From positions 82,755,060-82,819,059 of the forward strand of contig NC_057719.1 in assembly GCF_004010195.1 (NCBI RefSeq): 64,000 nt of DNA, in the 5' to 3' direction. The position numbers were made by a program, and so were the translations under genes. Numbering within the stretch: the stretch's first letter is position 1; every line of letters starts with the position of its first letter. Under the pieces are notes generated by a model. The model ran no database searches. It worked only from the letters and a program-made list of their open reading frames with translations, and had not been told where the DNA came from. Source of the stretch: Chiloscyllium plagiosum (lineage: Eukaryota). Shown here in pieces: positions 39,228-51,624 of the stretch.

Positions 39228-40582
39228 TCATAGAGTCATGTAGCACGATTCAACTCGTCCGTGCTGACCAGATATCCTAAGTTAATCCAGTCCCTTTTGT
39301 CAGCATTTGGCCCATATCCCTCCAAACCCTTCCTATTCACATACCCATCCAAATGCCTTTTAAATGTTGCAATTGTACCAGCCTCCACCAGTTCCTCTGG
39401 CAGCTCATTCCACACACGTACCACCCTCTGTGTGAAAAAGTTGCCCTTCAGGTTATTTTATATCTTTCCCCTCTCACCTTAACCCAGAACCTCAAGTTCT
39501 GGACTCCCCCACCCCAGGGAAAAAGATCTATTCACTCTATCCAGGCCCCTGATGATTTTATAAACTCTATAAGGTCACCCTTAAGCCTCTTTCGCTCCAG
39601 GGAAAACAGCCCCAGCCTCTCCTAATAGCACAATCCCTCCAGACCCCACAACATCCTTTTGTGAACCCTCTCCAGCTTAACAATACCCTTCCTATAACAT
39701 TTTCATAGAATCTCTACAGTGTGGAAGCAGGCCCTTCAGCCCAACAAGTCCACACTGACCCTCTGAAGAGTAACCCACCCAGACCCATTCCCATATCCTA
39801 TATTTTCCCCTGGCTAATGCACCTCACCTACACATCCCTGAACACTATGGGCAATTTAGCGTGGCCAAATTCACCTAATCTCCACATATTTGTATTGTGG
39901 GAGGAAACCCACGCAGACATGGGGAGAACAGTCACCCAAGGCTGGAATTGAACCCAGGTCCTTGGCACTGTGAGGCAGCTGTGCTAACCACTGGACCACT
40001 ATGCTTCCCTATTTTCTGCATGTACGTTGACAACTTCATCATCAGAGCCAGATCTATGTCCACCTTCCTCTGTCCAGCTACAGTGACACCCTGCAATTTG
40101 ACCTTTGACTGTCCATTGAGGTTTATCAAAGCACAAAGTAAGGGTGACCCTGTGCTGATTTCTCCAACTCTCGTGACTGCGCCAATTACCATGAAAATAA
40201 ACTGCCTGAAAATGGTGTACCAGCCTCCACCACTTCCTCTGGCAGCTCATTTCCACACATCCACCACCCTCTCTTTATATGGCCAGCCCTCAGCCTCCCA
40301 TACTCCAGGGAAAATAGCTCCAGTCTATTCAGCCTCTCCCTCTAGTTCAAGCCCTTCAATCCTTGTAAATCTTTTCTGAACCCTTTCACATTTAACAACA
40401 TCCTTCCTATAGCAGAGAGACCAGAATTGAACGCAGTATTCCAAAAGCGGCCTTACCAATGTCCTGTACAGCCACATCATGGCCTCCCTGCTCCAACGGA
40501 CAGTGCACTAACCAACAAAGGCAAATGTACCAAGCACCTTCTTCGCTAACCTGTCTACCTGTGACACCACCTTCAAGGATCT
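39228..40582 (-). mobile_element. CR1 3' fragments with an HE1-type SINE (39703-40005)
   Basis: VRVWNELPEELVEAGTIATFKRHLD on - strand; SINE tRNA head at about 39940-40005. Confidence 0.75.
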
Positions 40583-41139
40583 GAGAGTTTAATTTTTATT
40601 AGGACTAGCAATTTATTCCAGATTTGTCGTGGGCCATTCCAGAAGGCAGTTAAGATTCAGTCATGTTGGAGTCACATTGTAGGCCACACAGCAAGTTTCC
40701 TTCTCTTTACAGAACACTAGTTGGGTTTTTCTTTGTAATGACAATTGATGATAGTCTTGTAGTCACCATCAAACTGAAGTAATTCCAGCTTTGATTGGAT
40801 TTTTAAATTTCACCAGCTTCCATGGTGGGGTTTGAACTTGAGTCTTGAGCCTGGGTGAAGTGTTACCGCTTGGCCTCCATCTATCCTATGCCCCCTCACC
40901 CAGCTGTAGCGCAGAAAGCCAGGTGGTGATTGTTGAGGGACAAAATGGGTCCCTCTGGGTGGCTGACAAGGGACACTGATAACAGCTCAGAAATAAAGGT
41001 CCTCTTTCCCACCCTAGAAGATTCTAGAACCTTGTGGTCACTATCGCTGGCACTCGAACCTGCAGCCAGACTGCCTCGTTGCATTGAGCATCCTGGCCTT
41101 GGTTCTGCATTTTTAATAACGTATAAATTACCCCGACAG

Positions 41140-41263
41140 TGAAATCCGACCGCCGACTGGACTACCCGAAGCCTTTGTTTGCAAAAGAGACTGAAGAGCT
41201 GCTGAACCCTCGACTCAGTATTTCAGCGAGATTCCTGTCTCAATCGCTGGCATCCAGCTTCAG
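41140..41263 (+). CDS. MAPKBP1: MAPKBP1 exon: VKSDRRLDYPKP...LNPRLSISARFLSQSLASSFR
   Basis: gacag|TG...AG|gtcag; 124 nt, phase 1->2; SISARFL motif. Confidence 0.88.
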
Positions 41264-41394
41264 GTCAGTCAAGGGACGTCAACTCTGGGCTTCTCGAATA
41301 TCATGTATATTATTAGTCAAATCAATTAGCTAATGGCAATCAGTTAAAGAAGATTGTAACTCTATTAAACAAAAGGGCATATAAGCCTGTACTG

Positions 41395-43002
41395 CAGTCT
41401 GTGCCTGTGGAGCAGGGGATGTATTGCAGGAGTGTGTTGCTTGTATTATAGGGAGAGTGTGTGCCTGTATTACAAGAAGTGTGTGCCTGTACTACAAGGA
41501 GGGTGTGCCTGTGTTGTAGGGAAGGTGTGCTTATGGTACAGGGAAGGTGTGCCTGTGTTGTAGGGAGTGTGTTGCAGGGAGGATGTGCCTGTGTTGCAGG
41601 GAGGGTGTGCCTGTGGTGCAGGGAGGGTGTACCTGTGTTGTAGGGAGGGTGTACCTGTGTTGCAGGGAGGGTGTGCCTGTGTTGCAGGGAGGGTGTGCCT
41701 GTGTTGTAGGGAAGGTGTGCCTGTGTTGCAGGGAGTGTGTTGCACGGAGGGTGTGCCTGTGTTGTAGTGAGGGTGTACCTGTGTTGCAAGGAGGGTGTGC
41801 CTGTGTTGCAGGGAGGGTGTGCCTGTTGTGTAGGGAGGGTGTGCCTGTGTTGCAGGGAGGGTGTGCCAGTTGTGTAGGGAGGGTGTGCCTGTGTTGTAGG
41901 GAGTATGTGCCTGTGTTGCAAGGAGGGTGTGCCTGTGTTGTAGGGAGTGTGTGCCTGTGTTGCAGGGAGGGTGTGCCTGTGTTGTAGGGAGTGTGTCCCT
42001 GTGTTGCAGGGAGGGTGTGCCTGTGTTGTAGGGAGGGTGTGCCCGTGTTGCAGGGAGTGTGTTGCACGGAGGGTGTGCCTGTGTTGTAGTGAGGGTGTAC
42101 CTGTGTTGCAAGGAGTGTGTGCCTGTGTTGCAGGGAGGGTGTGCCTGTGTTGTAGGGAGTGTGTCCCTGTGTTGTAGGGAGGGTGTGCCTGTGTTGTAGG
42201 GAGGGTGTGCCTGTGTTGCAGGGAGGGTGTGCCTGTGTTGTAGGGAGTGTGTGCCTGTGTTGCAAGGAGTGTGTGCCTGTGTTGTAGGGAAGGTATGACT
42301 GTGTTACAGGGAGTGTGTTGCAGGGAGGGTGTGCCTGTGTTGTAGGGAGGGTGTGCCTGTGTTGCAGGGAGGGTGTGCCTGTGTTGCAGGGAGGGTGTGC
42401 CTGTGTTGTAGTGAGTGTGTTGCAGGGAGGGTGTGCCGGGTGTGCCTGTGTTGTAGTGAGTGTGTTGCAGGGAGGGTGTGCCTGTGTTGCAGGGAGAGTG
42501 TTGCAGGGAAGGTGTGTCTGTGTTGCAGGGAGTGTGTGCCTGTGTTGTAGGGAGTGTGTTGCAGGGAGGGTGTGCCTGTGTTGCAGGGAGGGTGTGCCTG
42601 TGATGTAGGGAGTGTGTGCCTGTGTTTCAGGGAGGGTGTGCCTGTGTTGTAGGGAGTGTGTTGCAGGGAGGGTGTGCCTGTGTTGTAGAGAGGGTGTGCA
42701 TATGTTGTAGGGAGTGTGTTGTAGAGAGGGTGTGCCTGTATTGTAGGGAGGGTGTGCCTGTGTTGTAGGGAGTGTGTTGCAGGGAGGGTGTGCTTGTGTT
42801 GTAGGGAGGGTGTGCCTGTGTTGTAGGGAGTGTGTTGCAGGGAGGGTGTACCTGTGTTGTAGGGAGTGTGTTGCAGGAAGGGTGTACCTGTGTTGCAGGG
42901 AGGGTGTGCCTGTGTTGTCGGGAGTGTGTTGCAGGCAGGGTGTGCCTGTGTTGTAGGGAGGGTGTGCCCGTGTTGTAGTGAATGTGTGCCTGTGTTGCAG
43001 GG
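41395..43002. repeat. G-rich 22-bp minisatellite (gggagggtgtgcctgtgttgYa) with 14-bp variants, running into an N gap
   Basis: Direct reading. Confidence 0.92.
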
Positions 43003-43502
43003 NNNNNNNNNNNNNNNNNNNNNNNNNNNNNNNNNNNNNNNNNNNNNNNNNNNNNNNNNNNNNNNNNNNNNNNNNNNNNNNNNNNNNNNNNNNNNNNNNN
43101 NNNNNNNNNNNNNNNNNNNNNNNNNNNNNNNNNNNNNNNNNNNNNNNNNNNNNNNNNNNNNNNNNNNNNNNNNNNNNNNNNNNNNNNNNNNNNNNNNNNN
43201 NNNNNNNNNNNNNNNNNNNNNNNNNNNNNNNNNNNNNNNNNNNNNNNNNNNNNNNNNNNNNNNNNNNNNNNNNNNNNNNNNNNNNNNNNNNNNNNNNNNN
43301 NNNNNNNNNNNNNNNNNNNNNNNNNNNNNNNNNNNNNNNNNNNNNNNNNNNNNNNNNNNNNNNNNNNNNNNNNNNNNNNNNNNNNNNNNNNNNNNNNNNN
43401 NNNNNNNNNNNNNNNNNNNNNNNNNNNNNNNNNNNNNNNNNNNNNNNNNNNNNNNNNNNNNNNNNNNNNNNNNNNNNNNNNNNNNNNNNNNNNNNNNNNN
43501 NN

Positions 43503-44706
43503 GCTGGAGGCTTGGGACTGGGATAATGTTGGGGGAGGAGAAATGAGGAAGCTGTTGAAATCCACATTTATCCCGTGTGGTCCCAAGGCAGAATATGAGG
43601 CGTTCCTCCACCAGGTGTTGGGTGGTAACGGTTTGGCGGTGGAGGAGACCCAGGACCTGCATGTCCTTGACAGAGGGGGAGGAGGAGTTGAAGTGTTCAG
43701 CCACGGGGCAGTGGGGTTGGTGGGTGCGGGTGTCCCCGAGATGTTCATTGAAATGATCCACAAGAAGGCGTCCTGTCCCCCCAATGTAGAGGAGACCACA
43801 TCGGGTGCAACGGATGCAATAGATGACATTGGTGGAGGTACAGGTAAATTTCTGACGGATGTGGAAGGATCCCTTGGGGCCTTGGACGGAGGTGAGGGGA
43901 GTGGTGTGGGCACAGGTTTTGCACTTCCTGTAGTGGCAGGGAAAGGTGCCAGGAGTGGGGTATAAGCTGGTGGGGGGTATGGACCTGACGAGGGAGTCGT
44001 GGAGGAAATGGTCTTTCCGGAACGCTATAGGGGTGGGGAGGGAAATATATCTCTGGTGGTGGGGTCCGTTTGGAGGTGGCAGAAGTGGCTGAGGATGATG
44101 CGTTGTATGCGGAGGTTGGTTGCATTGGGAAGGGTGGGGTTCAAGGGCGGTGGTGCATGAAGTGGAGGAGATGGGCTGGAGGGCACCGTCAACCACGTGG
44201 ATGGGATAAAAAAATGTTTGAAAAAGTACCGGGTATCCTGTTCAGTTCCAAACTGGGTTGGCCTGAATGTGGTCCATGTGGGATCAGACTGTTCGATAGG
44301 CAGGCACTGAGGAAGGAGATGTGGCTGTGGTAGCGAGTCTGCTTTAAGACATGGCTGAAGAGATTTAGCCACTTCAACGCCCCTTCGTTCCCCTCCCCCC
44401 AACATTATCCTCGTCCCAAGGTTCCAACCCAGTACCGCCCTCCGGACCTATCCATCACTGACTCCTCTGACCTATCACCTTTCCCCCTCGCCTTCATCCA
44501 CCTATCGCTTTCTCGGCTACCTTCACCCACACCCCACTCCCTCCCATTTATTTCTCAGCCCTGACCCAAGAGCCTCATTCCTGATGAAGGGCTTCTGTCC
44601 GAAACATCGATTCTCCTGCTCTTTGGATGCTGCCTGACCTGATGTGCTTTTCCAGCACCACACTCTCAACTATGATCTCCAGCATCTGCAGTCCTCACTT
44701 TCTCCT
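43503..44706 (-). mobile_element. Penelope-like element: GIY-YIG endonuclease relic plus inverted pseudo-LTR
   Basis: - strand GTFPCHYRKCKTC...FTCTSTNVIYCIRCTRCGLLYIGGTGR...HFNEHL; 44385-44430 is an inverted copy of 43503-43545; the pLTR tail carries a CTGATGA...GAAA core at 44581-44608. Confidence 0.88.
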
Positions 44707-44934
44707 AATGTTGAATGGTCTCCTTCTGTGCTAACTCTGACACAACAAGCAGTTGACATGGAAAAGGAGAGACTGATGATGAGATAAATCATCAGTTAAA
44801 AGCTTGTCTGTAGCTCTGAACTGAAAATACTCAGGTACAATCCAGACTACAATCACTGATCCAGGCCAAAGTTATTCCCACGATTCCATTTGTTTACAGA
44901 AGTATTTTCCTGAAAGTTTCCACTAAAATGCATT

Positions 44935-45295
44935 TCTCTCATTCTTTCACTCTCTGTCTTGCTGTCTCTCTCTTTCTGCCCTCACCTCCACGCTCTCTCT
45001 CTCTCTGTGTTTTTCTCTCTCTCTCTCTCTCACTCACACACACACACGCACAAACATATTCTCTCTCTCATACTGTCTCTCTGTCTCTGTCTCACACACT
45101 GTCCCTCACATTCTCTCTCCTCTCTCTCGCATTCTCTTTTCTCTCTCTCTCTCTCACTCACATTCTTCTCTCTCTTGGATTCTCTCTCTCTTACATTCTC
45201 TATCTGTGTCCTGCACATGCATTCGCTCTATCTCTGTCCCTCTCTCTCTCTCTCTCTCTTCCTGCCTCGCATTTTCTCTCTTGCACTCTCGCTTC
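44935..45295. repeat. Degenerate (CT)n tract
   Basis: Direct reading; also 1030-1085 and 22680-22705. Confidence 0.88.
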
Positions 45296-46179
45296 TGTGA
45301 ATAATGTTATCTTCAAGTCAGAAACCCACATTATTGAATCATAAGCCCTTGAGTCAGTTCCACCATTTAATAAGATCATGGTCGATTTGTGGCCTAACTT
45401 CATTTATCTGCCTTTGGCTCATACCCCTTAATATCTTTGCTTAACAAAAATTGATCTACCGCAAATTTAAAATGAATAATTGATCCAGCATCCACAGCTG
45501 TTTGTGGAAGGAAGTTCCAATACTGTACCACCTTTTGTGTAGAGAAGTGCTTGCTAACATCTCTCCTGAAGGATCTGGCCCTAATTCTCAGTCTATACTG
45601 TTCTAGCCTGCCTTTTCCTGTTAATGTATTGAAGACTTCAATCTGGTCGCAATCCATGTTTGAGAATGGTAGATTTATATCGAAAAGAAAGTGGTAAAAG
45701 GTGTATGTGTGTGTCTGTGTGAGTATGTGTCTGTGTGTGTATGTGTGAGTGTGTGTTTGTCTGTGTGTGTCTGTGTGAGTGTGAGTGCGTGTCACTGTGT
45801 GAGTATGAGTGTGTGTGTCACTGTGTGTGAGTCTGTGTGTGTTTGTGTGTATGTGTGAGTGTCCGGCTGTGTGTCTGTGTCACTGTGTGTGTCTGTGTGA
45901 GTGTGTGTCACTATGTGTGTGTGTCACTGTGTGTGTGTCTGTGTGTGTGTGTAAAAGAGCGAGTGTGTCTCTGGCCCCACCCATTGTGATAAACCCTTTG
46001 ACAGGTCTCAGTTTCAGCTGAACACAGGCAGAAGGAAGTTTCCAGTTTATGTTTACAGATTGACCACTTCATTTCGTCCTAGTGTTGAAACTATTTGGCA
46101 AAAGTCACGCTGTTATCAGAGTACAAGGTCTCAAAACATTTGCCGAAAATGGGCTTCCTTTTGAATATATCCTACTTGA

Positions 46180-47960
46180 TAACAAAGAAATGAAAAGCAG
46201 GAGTAGGCCATTCAGCCCTTCAGATCTAATCTGCTGTTCAATATGATCATGGCTGATTATCAGTCTCAATGCTATATTCCCATCTTTTCCACGTCCCCCT
46301 TGATGTACCATGTATCAATCTCTTCCCCTGACCACACTGAATGACCTGACCTCCATAGCCTTCTGTAGTAGATGGGTTCACTACTCTTTGAAGTGTTTCC
46401 TCATCTCAGTCCTTTGCATCACACTTCATATCCAGATTTGTGGGCCTTGATTCTACACTCCCCAACCAGGGAAATCATCCTCCCAGCAGCTAGTTTGTTC
46501 AGTCCTGTTAGAATTTTATATATTACAATCAGATGCCCTCTTATCCTTCTAAACTTCATTGAATACAGGTCCAGTCAGATCAATCTCTCCCCCTCGGACA
46601 GTGTTGTGATCTCCGGTCTCAGCCTCATGAACCTGCAATGTGCTGCCTCTATGCCAATATATCCTTTCTTAGGCAGGGATACCAAAACTGCACACAATAC
46701 TCCAGGCGCGGTCTCACCAAGGCCCTATATAACTGCACTAAAACATTCCTATTTCTGAACTCAAAACCTTTTACAATGAAGGCTGGTATTGCCATGTACT
46801 CTCCCAATTGCTTGCTGCACCAACTTGTTTACCTCCATGGAGTGCTGTAAAAGGACACCAGGATCTTTTTCGTACATCCACACTGGCCAATTTATCACCA
46901 TTTAAATAATACATTTCTGTTTCTCGCACTGAAGCCTTACCTTTACCTACATCATACTGCATCTGCGATGTGTCGTGTCCCCAAACTCAACTTGCCTCGG
47001 CCACCCTGTTATCATTGGAAATGTTGCATTTGGTTCCCTTAACCAAGTCATTGGTGTTTGTTGGGAAAGGCTGGGGCCCAAACATTGATTCCTGTACACC
47101 ACTGGTCACCCAGAAAAAGACCAAGTTTTTTAAATTCATGGGATGAGGATGTCCCTGGCTAAGCCAGCATTTATTGCCCATCCCTAATTGCTGAGAGGGA
47201 GGTTAAGAGTCAACCACATTGCTGTGGACCTGGAGTCACATGTAGGCCAGAGCAGGTAGGGATGACACTTTGCTTCCCTAAAGAACATTAGTGAGCCAGA
47301 TGGGATTTTGGGACAATTGACAATGGATTCATGGTCATCATTTGACTCTTATTATATTCAAATTCCACCATCTGCCAAAGCAGGATTCGAACTCAGTCCC
47401 GAGGATATCACTTGGGTCACTGGATTAACAGCCACCAGGACATCATCTTCCCCGCTATTTGTTTCCGGTTTGTCAAGCAGTTCTCAATACATGCCAATAT
47501 ATTAATCCCAATTCTATTCCCTTTTATTTTGCCCACTAGCCTCTTACTGTCAGGTATCAAAAGCCTTCTTGAGCTGCATCCACACGTTCTCCCTTATCTA
47601 TTCTACTAGCCATGTCCTCAAAAAAAAACTCCAGTAAGGTTAGTTAAGCGTGATTTCCCTTTCATGAACTCATGCTGATTTTGTCTATTCCCATTAAATG
47701 CTTTCCAAATGTTCTGTTTGCATTTCTTTTATTATGGATTTTCCCCACGAGGCTAGCCGGTCTGTAATTCTGTTTGTCCTCTCCCTCCCCTTTTAAATAG
47801 TGAGGTTACGTTTACCACCCTCCAATCTGCAAAGCCTGCTCCAGCATCTTTAGAATTTGGAAAGTTGACCAATGAATTCAGTATGTCGAGGGCCATGGCC
47901 TTTGGTACTTTGGAGTGTAGATTATCAGCCTTTAATCCCATTAGCTTCCCCAACACCATT
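46180..47960 (-). mobile_element. Old CR1 fragments interrupted by a tRNA-derived SINE (47130-47450)
   Basis: - strand WRVVNVTSLFKRG, TSGVQESMFGPQ. Confidence 0.7.
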
Positions 47961-48005
47961 TTGTTTTACCATAGTGTTGGTATTCAAACTGTTGACTGTT
48001 TGCAG

Positions 48006-48198
48006 GAAATCTCCAGATATTAGTTCCAAGGCCATCCAGCAGAGTGAGCCCAGATCCAACCAAGTTACATTCCCCGGCTCAAACTTAGGACAACAAGGAG
48101 GAGAGGTCTTCAAAGTGAAGACTGAAGACAAGAGAGAACTTCAGAAGCAAGAAGATTTGAAAAATGACAGGAATGATGATCAGAAACCAGCAGATGAT
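48006..48198 (+). CDS. MAPKBP1: MAPKBP1 exon (poorly conserved): KSPDISSKAIQQSEPRSNQ...NDDQKPADD
   Basis: tgcag|G...GAT|gtaag; 193 nt, phase 2->0; fits both neighbouring phases. Confidence 0.78.
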
Positions 48199-48251
48199 GT
48201 AAGGCCTGCTTCATTTTGAATTTTCCCAATATTTTTTGTTCCTACGTATTA

Positions 48252-48582
48252 TGGCAGCACGGTGGCTCAGTGGTTAGCGCTGCTGCCTCACAGCACCAAG
48301 GACCCAGGTTTGATTCCAGTCTTGGGCTGTGTGGAGTTTGCACATTCTCCCTGTGTCTGCGTGGGTTTCCTCCGGGTGCTCCAGTTTCCTCCCAAAGGTG
48401 TGCAGGTCAGGTGAACTGGCCATGCTAAATTGCCCATAGTGTTCAGGAATGTGTAGGTTAGATGCATTAGTCAGAGGTAAATACAGGGTAGGGGAATGGG
48501 TCTGGGTGGGTTACTCTTCAGAGGGTTGGTTTGGACTTGTTGGGCCGAAGGGTCTGTTTCCACACTGTAGGGATTCTATGAT
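48252..48582 (+). mobile_element. HE1-type SINE
   Basis: ggcagcacggtggctcagtggttagc..ggtttgattcc head. Confidence 0.85.
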
Positions 48583-49139
48583 TATAGTTTCCCAGATGTA
48601 CATCAATTCTGCTCTGGAGACAAGGACTTGGAGAAGGTGCAGAGGAATTCACTAGAATGGTGTCAGGACTGAAGGTCTTTAGTTATTCTGAGAGACTGAA
48701 AGCGCAGGGATTGTTCGGCTTCAAGAAGAGAGGGTTAAAAGCAGATTTGAGCCTGGTATGGAAAAGTCTGAAGGTGTAGTCAGGGTAACTGCTTCCTGGG
48801 ATTTATGGTGATTGGCCAAGTTGACATGAGGAAAATTTAACTTGCAAATAGCAAGTTTTGATTTGGAATGCATTTCCTGGAAGTGTGGGGGAAGCAGTTT
48901 CAATAGTAGTAACTTGCAAAAGGAAATTGGATCAATTCTTGAAGGGGAAAGTTTAGTAGCTCATGGGGAGAGAGCAAGAGAGTGGGACAGATTGGTTAAC
49001 TTCTTCATAGAGCCAGCAAGGGAAAGGAGTGACCTGCTTCTGTGTCTTTGACTCAAAGTGTGTCTTTGTTCTCAGCTATGTGGGATTAATCTCTGATGTG
49101 GGGATTTGTTCACAGAAGAAAACATATGTCACTTCAGTT

Positions 49140-49672
49140 AGAGTCATAGAGATGTACAGCATGGAAACAGACCCTTTAATCCGACTTGTCCAGATGTCCA
49201 ACATTAATCTGGTCCCATTTGCCAGCATTTAGCCCAAATCCCTCCAAACCCTTCCTATTCATATACCCATCCAGATGCCTTTTAAATATAGCAATTGTAC
49301 CAGTCCACCACTTCCTCTGGCAGCTCACTCCATACACTTATCACCCTCTGCGTGAAAACGTTTCCCCTTAGGTCCCTTTCAAATCTTTCCCCTCTCACCC
49401 TAAACCAATGCCATCTGGTTTTGGACTCCCCCACCCGAAAGAAAAAGATCTTGCCTATTTACCCTATCCATGCCCCTCATGATTTTATAAACCTCTATGA
49501 GGTCAGCCTCCGAAGCTCCAGGGAAAACAGCCCCAGACTATTCAGCCTCTCCCTATAGCTCAAACTCTCCAACCCTGGCAACATCGTTGTGAATCTTTAC
49601 CTCAACCTTTCAAGTTTTACAGCATCTTTCCTATAACGGGGAGACCAGAATTGAATGCAGTATTCCAAAAGA
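49140..49672 (-). mobile_element. CR1 LINE 3' end
   Basis: gagtcatagagatgtacagcatggaaacagaccc start; same family as 14700-15155. Confidence 0.82.
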
Positions 49673-50152
49673 GGATGAAAATGATGCGTTTACAGATCAG
49701 TGCCTCCAGGCAGAGATGCCTACTGCGGGCCCTACCCCTTCCAGCAGTGAGTTATAGACCACCCACAGTGTGGTACAAAAGGGGGGGGATATTGGTGAGT
49801 CAATCTAGTGTAGGTATTGTCAGCAAAGTCACCTTTACTGGAGGCACTGGCAGTGTTGGTCCAGTGGTGATGTTGGGTCTGAGATACATCCATGGAAACA
49901 CTGATGATGCAATTCTTCATGATAGATATTGAGCTACTGCTTTTGGAGGTATTAGTAACAAGAATCATACTGGAGCTGGATTTCTACACTGAGACCTTAC
50001 TGACGAGCCTCTCTGACTGGAGGTACGAAAGTGGACCAGCCTAATGGCAGTTTTCAAATAGGTTCAAACAATGGGGCCGCGTGCCAGACGTTGCCCTTTC
50101 CCTAAAACTAGTTCCTTATGGAATTGATTTATTCCACTGTGTTTTTCTGCAG

Positions 50153-50426
50153 CTCGCACCAAACTTCAGTTCAGCGTTGCATTCCGTCCCCGGGAGAACT
50201 CCGGTGAAAGCCCCGTTTCGAACAGAGTCCGGTGCTGTTCCTGACAAGTCGGTATCTGTCCGAGCGATGTACGGCCAGAGGAAGCGGAACCTGGCTCTGG
50301 AAACCCGGAAGGTGTTCATTGGGGGATCAGTGAAGGTGCAGTCGGTGTCTGCACACCCAAGTCCAGCCGTGTCACCGAGTGCGACCATGAGAAAATCCCA
50401 ATCTGTCCACGACCTCATTCATGAAG
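50153..50426 (+). CDS. MAPKBP1: MAPKBP1 exon: LAPNFSSALHSVPG...MRKSQSVHDLIHE
   Basis: tgcag|CTC...G|gtaag; 274 nt, phase 0->1; KSQSVHDL resembles mammalian KAQSVHSL. Confidence 0.88.
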
Positions 50427-50918
50427 GTAAGGAGCAGGGAGGCAGTAGGACATCTTTACCTCAAGGGAATTCTGACCAGAGAAAAACATATAACTGGCAT
50501 TTATACAGTGCCTTTCACAACCTCAGAGCATTTGAACTGTTTTGGATTGTTTTTTTCTTGACTTGAGCCCTCCAAAGTTAGAATACCTGCAAAGAAAAAC
50601 TCTTTGATGTCAACTACCTGAAGAAAAATCGAGCTATGACCAAAGTGTGAAAGGGACAAGAAAGCTATTTACAATTTCTGTTCTCAACACGTTAGCTAAT
50701 GAAAAGGAATCTGATCCTATAAGTCCAGGAGCGTGGTGTTGAAGATATGCTGTAATGAGTTGACCAAGGTTTAAAGTCTCAGTTATAGGAACAGAAAGTG
50801 CTGGAGAAGCTCAGTAGATCTCACAGCATCAGAGGAGAGAGAAACAGAGTTCACGTTCTGACGTCAATATCACTGCTTTGAAGTCTGAAAAAGAGCCACG
50901 TTGAACTGAAAATGTGAA

Positions 50919-51152
50919 TGAAGTAACTCCACAGAGGCCGGTATCCATCACCAGGTCACCCTTTATTTACATGTGCATAATATATGACACTGACCCTGCC
51001 AGCTCAGAGCCTGGTCTCAGAGTGAACAGAACCCCTGACTTTCATGTTTGTGTGTGTCAGCCAGGGCTCCCTAATTGGACCAGGTTAACAGCCCCAAACA
51101 GGGAACTCATATTCTATGACATCCACCTACTGACATTGTTTCAATCACTACA
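50919..51152 (-). mobile_element. Solo LTR inserted in an old Penelope-like inverted element (50790-51260)
   Basis: TGAAGT...ACTACA termini; 5-bp TSD gtgaa/gttaa (1 mismatch); AATAAA on - strand. Confidence 0.6.
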
Positions 51153-51624
51153 GTTAACACTGTTTCTCTTCCTATCGATATTGTTTGACCTCTTTCGTTT
51201 CTCCAGTGCATATTGCCTTATTTAACCTCTCCAGCCTCAGCAGTATTTTGTCTGTTTTTCCAGAGTCATATATAGCACGGAAACAGACCCTTCGGTCCAA
51301 CTAGTCCATACCGACCAGATATCCCAACCCGATCTAGTCCCACCTGCCAGCACCCAGCCCATATCCCTCTAAACCCTTCCTATTCATATACCCATCTAAA
51401 TGCCTCTTAAATGTTGCAATTGTACCAGCCTCCGCTACTTCCTTATTGATAACTTGCTGATACTTGAGTTACGCTAGCTCCCAGATGGGCTGTTGGCTGG
51501 ATGTCTTGGCAGCTCGCAGACCATGAGACACTTGAACAGCACCTACGTAAGATTACACATTTCATTTAGCAAAAAACATGGAAGAGCTGAAGCTCTGAAG
51601 TATGTCAGTGGTGGGCAAAGGACA

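Noticed and set aside
48252..48325. tRNA-like sequences (also 31010, 35401, 55554, 63033, 8600-8670)
   Set aside because: These are SINE heads that continue into SINE bodies; no intact cloverleaf.
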